DNA from: Monocercomonoides exilis PA203
Lineage: Eukaryota > Protista > Preaxostyla
Assembly (NCBI GenBank): GCA_001643675.2
Contig: LSRY02000028.1
Coordinates: 806,001 to 870,000, forward strand
Reading direction: 5' to 3'
DNA: 64,000 nucleotides
The notes under the pieces were generated by a model. It saw only the letters and a program-made list of their open reading frames with translations, searched no databases and was not told the origin of the DNA. Positions 44,848 to 64,000 of the stretch are shown here, in pieces; position 1 is the first letter of the stretch; every line of letters begins with the position of its first letter. The translations under genes were made by a program, and so were the position numbers.

Positions 44848-47800
44848 TCAAATAGCTTTTCCATAATATCCATTCTTCATCTGAGGCTGAGGATTCTGTC
44901 CCAAAGAAGAAGAAGAAGTAGAAGGCTGAGCAGAAGAAGGTAAAGGTAAAGGCAAAGGCAAAGGAGAAGGAGAAGGAGAAATCAATCTCTCACTTCTTCC
45001 AACCGAAACTCCCACAAACTGGATGAACCGCCCCAGCAGCTCGATGATGCCGTCTGCGCAATCCTCTGCCGACTTCTGTGAGATGTCCACGACGAGATGG
45101 GAGACAGCGTGGAAGAAGGGCTCAGAAAGTGAGAGTTGTGTCTGCAGCGCCTGCCGTGGCGACGGTGCGCTCATAAACAGATGGCGCAGCGGGGCCTGAG
45201 GATTCGGGTGAGGAGAAGCAGAAGCAGCCCCTTCTGCTTTTCTCTTCGCCTCCCACGTGGCAATCTCTTCTCTTCTGAACTGCAGCGCCCGCAGCATGTT
45301 CTGCTCCATGCTGCACCGGCAGAACACAACTGTTGCTCCAAACGGGCGAGGAAACAAGGCAGCCACATCTTCTTTCTTCAGCTCCAGCAGCTCACACGGA
45401 AACTCCACCACTCCTTTCAGCCTTCCGCTGGCTATCAAATTCACCGTCTCCTTCATCTCTGCCTTGAGCGCTGTGATGAGGCTGTTCTCGCCCATCGACC
45501 GCTGGTAGACAGGAAGAGGGCATTTGAGGCGCTTTTCGGTGAGTTCAGCTACGTCTGTGAAGGAAGTGTGGAGTTTGGCAGAGAGAGAGCGGGAGATGGA
45601 TGACTTGCCGATACAGGGCACACCGATGATGATGATGGGGATGGAGGAGAGGAGAGAAAGAATAGAGGAAGAGGAGGAGGAAGAAGAAGGAGAAGAGGAA
45701 GAAAGGGGAGAAGAAGGGGAAGAAGAAGAGAGAGGAGAAGGAGGAGCAGAAAGAGGCTGCTGTTGTTGTGCAGGGGAAGTTGAAGAAGAAGAAGAAGAAG
45801 AAGAAGAAGAAGCATTTTGTGTGTCCTTTGTCTTTTCGAGTGAGTCGTGTGTTGCATTAGAGATGGCAGGGGAGACAGACGTGTTCAGAGACAAAGGAAA
45901 ATCAACAGCAGAGTGAGGGCGAGGAGCAAGGGCTGTGCGGAAGGAAGGGGCAACAGGCGAACGAGAGGCTGTTTTGGAGGCAGAACGAGAAGAGGAGGAG
46001 GAGGAGGAAGAAGAAGAAGAAGAAGGGAAGAGAGATGATGTGAGAGAAGAGAAAAGAGAAGGCAGAGAAGAGAAGATGACAGAAGAGAGTGTGGAGAAGA
46101 TGAGATAGCTGTAGTGTCTGAGGGCAAGCGACACAGCAGACTCAGTGATTGTCTTCCCAACAGAAGCAGAAGAAGAAAGAGAAGAAGAAGGAGAATGAGA
46201 AGAAGCGGATCGAGAAATAGCAGAAGAAACCGAAGAAGATGCGGTCTTTGCGAGTGATGATGCGACTTCTCTTGCAGCCTGTGCAGTGACTGAGTCAGCC
46301 CCCTTCTCTATCCACTCCACAGGCACAGCTGCCAGGCTCACTGCCCACCGGGGAAGGCCCAAGCTCTGCCCCGACTGCCTCACCAGGGAAGACAGCTTCG
46401 CATTTCTTAGCCCCAGAAAGGAGAAGACAGAGGCAGCTGCTCCGACAGACAGGGAGATGGCGATGCCCTGGATGCCAGCTGTGCCAAAGAAGAGGCCGGC
46501 GAATGTGCTGACGGTTGAGGACATCGCAATGCCGCTGCTGGCAGAGAGGACAAGTGCCAGCGCTGTCCGCAGCTTCCGCTGGATGCGCACGCCCAGCGGG
46601 GCGATGGAGGACTTGTGGGTGGCTGAGGGAAGAGAAGAAGAAGAAGAAGAAGAAGAAGAAGGCATCATTCCCTTTTCCATCAGACTGGCTTTGTTTTCGT
46701 GTGTTTTTTGCTTTTGATTTTGAACTGGTTTGTCTTCTGCCATTTCGATTGCCTTTGTTTTCTCTGCCATCTTCATCATCATCATTTCTCCATTTCCATT
46801 GCTTTTCCCTTTCCATCCCTCGCTCTCTCTCCCAAGCACAATCCCTGTTCTTTTTGATCCCCCGCTCTCTTTCTCCTTTCCTTTCTCCTTCTCCTTCTCT
46901 TTCCTCACGTCCTTATTCATATTCTTGTTATTATTCATTTTATTCCTCTCCCCTGTGATCACACTGTCCAATGTCTTCACTCTGTTCTTGTCTGTCTGTG
47001 TGCGCAGAAACACCACACAGCGCGTCGCATCCAGCTTCTCAAAGGCAACTGTCCACAGCTCATTCAGCCAGGGCTGGCGGATCAGGGCATACAAGGGGGA
47101 GAGTGGAGAGAAGGAAGAAGGAGAAGGAGAAGAAAGATAAGAACAAGAAGAAGGGAAATTAAGTGAGGGTGGAAGATAGCTTTGATTAGCTGACAGAGAG
47201 AAAGAAGGGGAAGCAGCTGGGAAAGCAAGGGAAGTCTGCATTTTCTGGTCAAATGAGTGCAAATGAGCAATATCTGAAGCATTTGGAGCGTTTGAAGCAG
47301 AAGTTTTAGTTTCTCTGCCTCCTCTCCCGCTGAATGAAAAGGGGGCAACAGGAGGTTGCTGATGCTGCGATGTGCTGTGTGGAAGAGTGACGATGGTGGA
47401 AGGAGAAAGCAGATGAGACATCTTGCTGCTCAGCCCTGCCAGCCCTTCCTCTTCTTCTTCGCCTATCCATTTCCCTCCCCTCTCCTTCTCTCTTCCATCC
47501 TTCATCATCATCATCACTCCGTTTTGTGTTGTTTCTGTTGTTTCATCATTTGATTTCATTCTCCTTGTATCATCATCGTAATTAGCATCAGCATCTACAG
47601 CATAAGCAGAAGAAGGATAAGCATAAGTAGCAGACGTTGCGTGTGTCGCAATCTCGCCTGTCAGCTGGGCAGCTGCGTCTGCGTTTGCCTGCTGCATCTT
47701 CTGCATCAGCCTGGCTGTCTCTGAAGGATCAGCTGTTGGTGGAGGAGGTGGGGGCTGTGAGTAATCAGGGGAGTCTGTAAATGATGAGGAGGAGAATGAT

Positions 47801-50173
47801 GATGATGAATTTGTTGGTTGTGTGTTTGATGAAGAGTCAGAAGGAAGATAAGAGGAAGAGTGAAGAGGAGATGGAGGAGATGGAGGAGAGGAAGTGAAGG
47901 AGGAGAAAGAAGACATTGATGGAGCATCGGAAAGAGGAGGGGCAGATGGCTGGAGTGAGGAAGCTGATGAGTTGCAGTTATAAACATCATCAGAAGGGGA
48001 AGAAGAAGAAGGAAAAGAAGAAGAAGAAGGGGAAGAAGAAGGTGCAAATGAAAAAGCAGAAGAAGAAGCAGTAGAAGGAGGGGCAGATGACGTGTATGTT
48101 GTGGATGGAGGTTCAGGTGATGTGAAAGGCAGCGAAAGAGAAGTAGTGGCAATGAAAGGAGACGAATGATCAATCAGAACTTGCCCAATCTGCAGTGGAG
48201 GAACAATTATTGGCACATTTCTGTCATAATCAACTAATATCTGGATATCTCCTTCATCCTCATCCTCATCATCATCGTCATTGTCTTCTTCTCCTCCTGC
48301 TTCTTTTGCTCTGACAGCATCGTTTTTCCCAGTGAATATAGTGTTGCTTTTATTCTTCCTTGTAGTCGAATGAGAAAGCAAAAAAGGCTCCTCAACTGAC
48401 GACGACGACGACGATGATGATGATTGAAGCAAAGGTTGTTTCATTCCACCCATTTTACTTCCATTTCCCTTTCTTCCACTCTGCCCCACTCCTCCTTCTC
48501 TCCCATCTTTCTCCTTCTCCCTCACAACTCTTATCTTCACATTGATTCCTTCATTCACTCCGCCCACATCGCATTCATTCCACCCGCGCTCTCCCTCCAC
48601 CGACGGGATGTGGTAGAAATGCGACAGCCAGCACCACTTCTTCATCACCCGCGCCGACAGCTCCTCAAACTCCCTCCTCCTCCGCTCGCCTTCCCTCAGC
48701 GCACCGCCTGGGATGAAGCAGGCGTCGTTGGCGAAGCTGAAGGCGACGGCGGAGTTCTGCCGCACCGTCTGCGAGCCGCAGAGCATGAAGAGGAGGCAGA
48801 TGTGGCTGGAGAGGAGGAGAGAAGAGAAGGTCGAGGAGTGCTGGTAGAGCGACAGTACGGTGGAGAGCGGGGGGAGGAAGTAGGAGACGCTGGCTGGGGC
48901 AGAAGACAGCTCTTCGACGGATGGATAGAAAGGAGCATATGACAGAACAACTTCCTTTGTATTGTCTGAGGCTGAAGCAGAAGAAGAAGCAGAAGAAGAA
49001 GAAGCTGAATCAGAATGCGAATCAGAAGTTGAGTCCGTGCTCTTCTTCTCGACAACCGAGACAGGAACAGGGGGCAGCCCTTTCTTCAGCCCAACTTCTC
49101 TGCCAATCCGCTCCCTCCACATGCACCCCATCAGCGGATGCATCAGCACAACAAGATGGAAGGGACCGTTGGTTCCTGTGTCGCGGAAGCGATGGAACGG
49201 AGGGATTGTCGCCTCTCTCGGAGTCAGCGGCTTCCAATCAGACGCTTGCTGAGAAGGGAGCCTGACAATGAAATAAACAGCAATCAAGGGAAAGATAAAG
49301 ATGTGCTGTTAAATAAAATAATAACTTTCATATTTTCACACTCTTTGTCTTTGTTTTGTGTTCCTCGTTCTGACTTGTTGGATTTCTTGCTGTCTTGTTC
49401 ATTGTTTGAACTTTGAGAAAACATTTGTTGCTGATGTGAATTTTTCCTTTGTAATTTTTGATGAATGGCTTCTTTTTTCTTCATTCTCTTGTAGGCTGAA
49501 TAAGTTGTTGGAAGTTCGATGCATATTCGCTCGCATATATCCCTGACTTCATCGAGCCATTTTTCAGCTTCGGGATTTGAAGATATTATGGATCTTCGAG
49601 GTTCAAAAACAGAAGAAGTCCAGATATCATCAGTACAAAAAATTGGTATTGTTGGAAGCGTCACTTCGACGATTCGCACAACTACTCCTCGCAAAACTAC
49701 TTTGTGTACTACAACGTGCTGCGAAACTTTGATTGAAAAATGTGTTGTTTCCATTGCCTGATATGAGCGCAAAGCTTCTCCCGAAAGCTTTGGAGGCGAA
49801 AATAAATGTTCCCAAGTCCCACTTTTGAGAGTTTGGACGGGGTTCGTTAACCACTCAGCAGGGATTCCAAGAGTTGCAGCGGCTGTATGCGATTTTCCAC
49901 TCCCCGGTGGTCCAAGGAATAAAAAATTTGCTCCAGCAATTCCTAATTTTCCAAGCTCTTCAAGGACATTCTTTTGTACTCCATATATTCCATTCAAACC
50001 ATCTTTTATTATATATGTTATAAAATAAGACTTATGCATTATTGACAGAATAATCAGTAAAAACCTTGATTTGATGGCTGCTCACTTTCAACGGGGAAAT
50101 ACTCCGCATCATCATTAATAATGCACCATTCATCTTCAAACAGTAAATTTTCAGAAATACCAGAATAATTCAT
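44848..50173 (-). CDS. Multidomain protein: N-terminal P-loop domain, Gly/Ala-rich hydrophobic segment, C-terminal shikimate-kinase-like domain
   Basis: First exon MNYSGISENLLFEDEWCII (ATG 50173) splices into ORF 49284..50039 (FLFLGPPGSGKS). Intron 49341-49262 joins ORF 44848..49287, which carries IIIIGVPCIGKSSISRSLSAKLHTSFTD..TEKRL....MGE and LVVDISQKSAEDCADGIIELL. Confidence 0.75.
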
Positions 50174-50344
50174 GTATTTTCTTCCACAATAGTCAGCAAT
50201 TGGTGAATTGATTTATTTATTGCAGGAAAGATCATTCTTTTATTCAAATTCTTGAATTTCAACAAATATGCTATTCTAGTTGAATTATTACCCATTGCAC
50301 ATATAATCACATAACAAATAATAAAGAACCATAATTATAAAATA

Positions 50345-57288
<6,944 letters not shown>

Positions 57289-57670
57289 TAAAGGATGAGA
57301 GTGAAACGATACAGACTTCAAATTATGGGTTTACGAGAATTGCAATCACTACATTATATTTCTCTTAAGCTTTCATTTCATTCGATTGAGAGAATGTGAT
57401 GAAAAGTCATTTTCAGTGAAACAGTTTTTCATTTGACTTTATTTTTCGTGGAAATGCACAGGCTTGTTTTCGATTTTTTCTTTCTAACTTTTTTTTATGT
57501 TGTTGTTGTTGTTGCAAAAAGTCTGATATCAATACGGATAATCGTAAAAATTTATCATTCACAAAAAGTTTTGCCAACTTTCTTATCAAACAATGGGTGA
57601 TTGATCGATTGAGGTAAAAAGGGTATTTATTAGATCTAATCGGAGTTCAAAGATTGATCAAAGCAACAAA

Positions 57671-58594
57671 ATGACAGCAGATCAAAGAGCTGACCTTATC
57701 TATATGGCTAAATTGCAAGAGCAATCTGAGAGATATGAAGGTTCGGCTTTATTGTTTAATTTACGTTAAGTTGAAAACTTGAATATTTTAAACAAAATTT
57801 TTAATGTAATTTTTGACAAAACTTAGAGATGGCTGAAAGCATGAAAACTGTGGCAAAGATGAACACAGAATTCACAGCTGAAGAAAGAAATCTTTTTTCT
57901 GTTGCATATAAAAACGTGATTGGAACCCGGAGAGCTGCCTGGAGAATTATCTCTGCCATCGAGCAAAAGGAAGAAGGTCGCCAAAATTTGGTCAATGTTC
58001 AACGTATTAAGGATTACAGACAAGTCATCGAGTCGGAATTGACCGATATTTGCAACGAAATCTTCCAATTGATCGATGAAAACCTTATTCCAAATGCAAC
58101 ATCTGGAGAATCAAAAGTCTTCTTCCACAAAATGTTTGTTAATTCTCAAAGTTGTTAAATTTATGTTCATTTTTTAAATGTGAAAACGTTTTTGTTTGAT
58201 TGAATACATTAGGAAAGGAGATTACTGCAGATATATGGCAGAGTACACCACTGAAACAGTCAGAAAGGAGGCAGCAGATAAATCGTTGCAAGCTTATCAA
58301 GCAGCTTCATCTGTTGCGACAACTGAACTTCCTCCAACTGATCCAATTCGTCTTGGACTTGCGTTGAACTTCTCTGTCTTCTACTATGAAATTCTCAACT
58401 CACCAGATCAAGCTTGCCAAATGGCAAAGCAAGCATTTGACGATGCCATTGCAGAATTGGACACACTTACAGAAGAATCATACAAAGATACAACACTTAT
58501 TATGCAGCTTATCAGAGATAACCTTACTCTCTGGACAAGTGACGCACCTGCTGGTGATGAAGCAGATGGTGAGGCTGGAGCAGAAGGACAATAA
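57671..58594 (+). CDS. 14-3-3 protein, 3 exons
   Basis: Exons 57671-57740, 57827-58133 and 58213-58594. [56 protein letters not shown] and [16 protein letters not shown]. Confidence 0.98.
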
Positions 58595-59448
58595 ACAACC
58601 ATACTTTTTCCTTTCTCCTTCCTATCCCAACAAAAACGAATCATTTTCTTTCTTGTGTGAGGGTAAGTGAATGAAGATTTTTCCCGACCCAATGTTAGTC
58701 TTCATAATTGTGTGAGTTTTTTTGTTGTTGTTGGTTCCCATTTCGTAATTTTGTGCTTGCCCATTTGTAACCTTTTTCATAATTATTATTTTTGTTTTTT
58801 TGAAAAATCATCAAGAATATTTTCAAATAATTCAAATATGCTTTGTATGTTATTAATATTTTTTATTTAAAAAATTAAATAAAATAAAAATAATTTGTTT
58901 TTAAAAAAGAAACTCAGTTCTTTATTTTGTGATGCAGATCATGAAAGAGCAGATTTTTATAAAGCAGAAGGACAATCTTATTGTTTTCAATAATGGTCAT
59001 ATTTTTAGCTTTATCACAACATATTCTTCATAAGCTGTCGTTTATGTATCGTTGCTTTTGGAATTTTTTTTTCTGATGAATAATCTTCAGTCACATGTTG
59101 TTTTTGCAAAATAAGAGAAAATAATCACATGTTTTTTTTTTTTTGACTTCAACAAGCCTTTCAAAAAGAGTTGCACGAAAGTGTTTTCGATTTCAGAAAG
59201 CTTTTATATAATTTGCTTTTTATTTTTTCACTTTGTTTAAAAAAATGAATAAACTTTTAATTTTGAATTTTTCTCTGAAATTTTCAACTTTATATGAGAT
59301 AATAACTATTTGTAATTCGCGATATTTATAGTAATGTATGGAAAACATCATATCATTGCTGAGATCCTTGATTCAGTTTTTCATTTATAATATTAAGGTT
59401 AATATCTTGATCTATTTTGGATTGAGTGTGTTGGAGGCTGAATATAAT

Positions 59449-62400
59449 ATGACATCTCAAGAGCCGTCTTCTGACGATAGCTACAAGAAGGTGTCACAGG
59501 ATGTCGTTGAGCGAATGTACCAGAATGAAGTTCTTCTCCAACAATCTACTGTTGATGATAATATTGGTAATAAATCAATACAGAGCTCTGAAAATTCCAT
59601 TATTGAATCGCTTAGCATAAGCGCCCCTCATTCTCCAAGTGGAGTATTTTCGTTAATAGTTTCAGGTCAACGTCTTAATGATGGAAATGCTCCTATTTCA
59701 CCAGAAGATTCTTCACTTCGTTCATATGCATGGACACCTCTTCATGATCAAAGTCAAGAAACGCATATGATTGGTCCATCATATGAATCTTCTGCTTTTA
59801 TTGAATCTCCCATGATTGGCTCAACAAATAGCGTTCATTTTCTAAAATCTTCATCTTTAGTGAAAATTCCTGCTCTTGCGTTTGATATGACAGATAATGT
59901 ACAAAATTATCAGCATGCTCATGGCTGTGCATCTCAAGCTCTTATGATTCCAGAAGAAAATGAAGTTATAAGTATGAAAGAAGGATCTTGTGATCAACTC
60001 ACTTCTTTAACACAGCAAATGCAAACAGAAACTGTAAAGGATGCAACTGTTCGAACAAGTAGCAGACAATTGAACAGTGCATCTTTTAATAGCGTTAAAT
60101 CACAAGATTTTGAGCAAAATTGTCAAGATATTCTTGATCAATCAAATATCGTATTATCAAAGTCTTCTCAATCTATTGTTGCTTTTGAGGAGCAGCCGCA
60201 TGACCATGCAAATAAAGAACCTAATGGCGTTATCTTATCAGAAGAAATACTTGGAGGGTTATCTCATTCTCCACTTATTTCTTATTCAATGTCGCCTACA
60301 ACTTCACCATATACCCCACCAACAATGTCTCTTTTTCCACAGGACTATCGTCAAGCAATTCCCAACAGTTCTCTTACCAATTCATCTGGGTTTATTGATA
60401 GAACACGGCCATCCGCTGCACACGCATTCTCGGCATTTTCTGTGAATGTGACATCAGAACAGTCATATCTTCCATCGCAACCAACTTCTCAATATCAGTC
60501 TGTTTCTCTTCCACCACCTCCTCTTCCTCTTCCCCCCTTTCCTCCACCTCAGGCAAAGCATGCCTATAGTTCTTTGCCGTTGTACAATTCAACATCCGTC
60601 GCCTCTTCTTCTTCGCCTCCGTTATCCTCACCAAGTTATCCTCCGGGTCTTCAGTTGCACAATCCACCTGGACTAACACACTTATCACTCGAAAAGTCAA
60701 ATTCAGCAGCACAGCCGCTTATCAGACGCCATGACGTGCATCGTCCACTTGATTTCTCTTTGTCTGCTTTGCCTCCTCCGCCTCTGCCACCTCCTTCTCA
60801 CGTAACTTCTGCAGCGCAAGTGCATTCCTTCTCTTCAGCTCGTCAGGGCTCTCTCAAGCAGACTCGGCAGCAGGCAGCAGGAACAGGACACAAGCCATAT
60901 TCTGACGCAGCAGCAGGAGCAGCAACAAAAGTTGGCTATCCTTTTTCTGTCTCTTCTTCATCCTCTTCTTCTTCTTCTTCTTCCTCCTCCTCCTCTTCTT
61001 CTTCTTCTTCTGTTCTTGCTTCATCATTTGACTCGCCTTCGCGACAGATTGCTGCTCGTTCTTCTTATTCTGCTACTAAATTTAATGTTCCTTCAAATAA
61101 AACTCCAAGTTCTCCTCTGTTGCTGCCTTCCTCTTCGCCTATTCGCCAGTTTGCACCTCGTATAGCATTATCTTCAACTCCCTCTGATATACAGCTCTCT
61201 TTGGCTTCAACTGTAACTTCTCCTTCTCCTTCTCCTCCTCCTCCTTCTTCTTCTTTTTCATCATCCTTATCATCATTATCTTCCTCTTCCTCCTCCTCCT
61301 CCTCCTCCTCCTCCTCTTCTTCTTCTTCTTCTTCTTCTTCTTCTTCTTCTTCTTCGGCATTATCAAAATTTCCTCCTTCCTTTTCCATTGTACCTTCTCT
61401 GCCTCCGCTTCCTCCCCCTCCTCCACCACCACAATATTGCTTGTCAACCGCAAGGATGGTCTCCCCACGAACTGCGTCTTCTTCTTCTTCTTCTGCTCCT
61501 TCTCTCTCATCCTCTGTCTCATCTTCCTATGTGAGCGCAGAATGTTCAGATGTGGAGCACCCGTTGGACAGCAGCGAGGGCAGAAGAGAGAGGTGTGACG
61601 ACTCGAAAGCGAGAGTCAAGGCAGACGCTGGCTTCCTCGTCTCTGCTGCTCCGTTTGATGGGCAAAAACCTTCGGGACACAGACACACCCGTTCATCGTC
61701 TTTGAAAGCTCAGCCAAAAAGATTCTTGTCGCTCTCAGGTTCTACTTCATCTTCAGCAATTTCTTCTTTTTCTTCTTCCTCTTCCTCCTCCTCTTCTTCG
61801 TCATCATCATCTTCTTCTTCTTCCCCTGTTTCAGTTTCTTCGGTTTCTTCTATTTCTTCCATCTCCTCTTCTTTGAGCAGTCATTCACTTCCTCTGCCTC
61901 CACCTACCTCTCCTTACAAGCGTGCTCCTTATCCAACTGCCCAGCCCTTCGCTTCCAATTCCCCCTCTTCCCTCCAAACTCCTGATCGCTTGTCAAATCA
62001 GTCTTCCTTCTTCCCTTCTTCTTCCTCTGCTTCTGCTTCCACTTCTTCTTTGTCTTCTTCTTCTACTTCTTCTTCTTCAACTACTCCTTCTTCTTCCTCT
62101 TCTTCCTCTTCTTCTATTATGTCTGCTCCTTCTCCTTCTCCTTCTCCAGCCACCCGCCTCACACAGAACCCAGCTGTTGCACTGAGCTCTTCCCAGCTGC
62201 AAGTGCTGGAGAGAGGAATTATGTCTGTTGTGTCTAACCTTCTCCCGCTGCCTCCTCGTTCTGTTGTCGCAAACAGCATCTTGAACGACGTGAAGGCGCT
62301 GGTGCAGGAGTTATATCAAGGCGTGCTTATTTTGTTTTTTCATTGTTGATTGAGTAATGGTATTATTTTGTTCTTTTTATTTTTTTCCTTCTTCTTCTTC

Positions 62401-64000
62401 TTCTTCTCTTCCTCTTTTATTTATTTGTCTATCTATCTATTCATTCATTCATTCATTCAGATGCCACTGTGGATGTCAAGATCTCAGGCTCGTATTTTTC
62501 TGGGCTGTGTCCTCCGCTCTCCAATCTCGATCTGGTTGTTATTCCTTCGATAGCAACACCTCTTTTACGCATGTCACTCAGCCAACTTATTCCCATCCTG
62601 TCTAAGAAGTATGTGCTGAAGAAGAAAGCAGAGAACGAAAGGGCAGACAGAAAGAAGAGAGAAGGGAGATGGAGGGATATGATGAGAGAGAAAGAGAGAG
62701 AAAGGGAAAGAGAAAGAGAAAGAGAGAGAGGGAAAGAGGCAGAGAGAGAAAGAGAGAAAGAGAAGGAATGGATGCGAAGCAGAAGGAGTGAGAATGAAGT
62801 GGGCAAACTGACAGTGCCACAGAAAGCTGATCTGATTGCAGCCAGCTCAGCATTTGAGACACGTCCATCTTCAGTTGCAGGCTCAGAGGATTCATCCAAC
62901 CCAGCTAATGTTGCTCCTTCTCGTTGTACCTCTGCCTCTTCTGCCTCTTCCTTGTCTTCTATATCTTTTGCGTCTTCAGCGTCTTTCGCATCTTCCTTGC
63001 CTTCTCAAGCAGATACCCCTTTCGCTGCTCATTTATCTGCTCCAGCGCCTTCCTCCAAAGCAGCCATGAGTTCAGACAAACATCCAGTGAACACTTTCTT
63101 CGATGATGTCTGCAACGTCTATGAAATGGATGGGCTGCAGTGTTACTACGACGAGAGAGGAAATCTGGAGAAGATCGGCTTTTATGTCCCTCTCTCGTCA
63201 ACAGGCCCTTCTGCCCATCCTTCCATTGCTCTGCCTGCTCCTTCTGCTCCACCCACAAATGCAGGGATGGGTTCTGCTGCTTCTTCTTCTGCTTCTTCTT
63301 CTTCTGTTTCGTCGGCTTCTTCTTCCCCTTCCTCTTCCTCTTCCTCCTCCTCCTCATCATCTTCTTCTTCTTCTTCCGCTGCTCTTTTGCCAATCTCAGA
63401 TGCCTCACCATTGCCTTCCTCGTCTTTTCTCCCTTATTCTGCCTATCAGACAGCGTCGATGCCTTCCTGCTATTCTTCCACTTTGACTCATCTGTACTGC
63501 CTGATCACTCTGGACAATGTACCTTTCCTTCATTACTCCAATCTGCTTCATTTGTATTGCATCACCGACTCGCGCTGCCTCCAGCTCGGCTTGTTTATTT
63601 TGCACTGGGCAAACGCGAGAATGCTGGACAGAGAAAATGAAGGTGTGTGGCTATTGCCTGTGTATTTGGGTTGATGAAATGAGTAAAAAAAGGATGGTGA
63701 CATTGTTAAACGTTAATTGTTTATAAATCAAAGAAAAGATGGATTAGAAAATGAAACTTTGCTATTTAAACAAAAATATTATTTCCAATATTTAATATTC
63801 TTATATATTTAATTTTGTTCATTTTTCTTGTATATTTTTTTATCAATTGTGCAATCAGGCTGTCTATCACCCCGCTGCTTCATCTGCTTGGTGATCTTTT
63901 TTCTCCAGCAGTGTGATCCGCCAGTTCTGCCCTCCTTCCAGTCTGAGTCTATCATTGCACTTTCCTCTTCGTTTGTGCACACCACAGTCAATCAGATGGT
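59449..64000 (+). CDS. TUTase/GLD-2/TRF4-like nucleotidyltransferase-fold protein with a long S/P-rich N-terminus, 3' end beyond window
   Basis: ISGSYFSGLCPPLSNLDLVV, LLHLYCITDSRCLQLGLFILHWANARML...G|CLSPRCFICLVIFFLQQCDPPVLPSFQ. Start at ATG 59449 (alternative 59338). Confidence 0.75.

Noticed and set aside
44535-44873. 112-aa F/I/K-rich ORF
   Set aside because: AT-rich 3' UTR or intergenic sequence; composition artefact.
49262-49341. Programmed frameshift between ORFs 49284..50039 and 44848..49287
   Set aside because: An 80-nt GTGTGA...CAG intron joins them in frame.

Overview
AT-rich eukaryotic protist genomic DNA with short GT-AG introns and the standard genetic code (TAA, TAG and TGA all end genes). 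The poly-Ser and poly-Glu/Lys insertions, the occluding-loop-less cathepsin B and the decayed multicopy families suggest an oxymonad or metamonad such as Monocercomonoides; that assignment is inference. Manual splicing of the ORF track gives about 14 genes: a large coiled-coil protein (runs off the left end), cathepsin B, a CBM20 plus charged single-alpha-helix protein, a class I aminotransferase, a USP4/11/15-like DUB, a motor-less myosin-I TH1 protein, a hypothetical protein, a divergent E2F-like protein, a PHO80/P-type cyclin, a CAMK-group kinase with a probable GC-AG intron, a P-loop/membrane/shikimate-kinase-like fusion, USP7, 14-3-3 and an apparently degenerate TUTase/GLD-2-like protein (runs off the right end). 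Two gene-poor islands (about 15-22.8 kb and 38.1-42.2 kb) hold pseudogenes, two MITE-like inverted-repeat elements, a shared dispersed repeat, a Merlin (IS1595/ISXO2-like) transposase relic and a probable ISAzo13-like transposase relic. All homology calls are motif recognition by eye; no searches were run.
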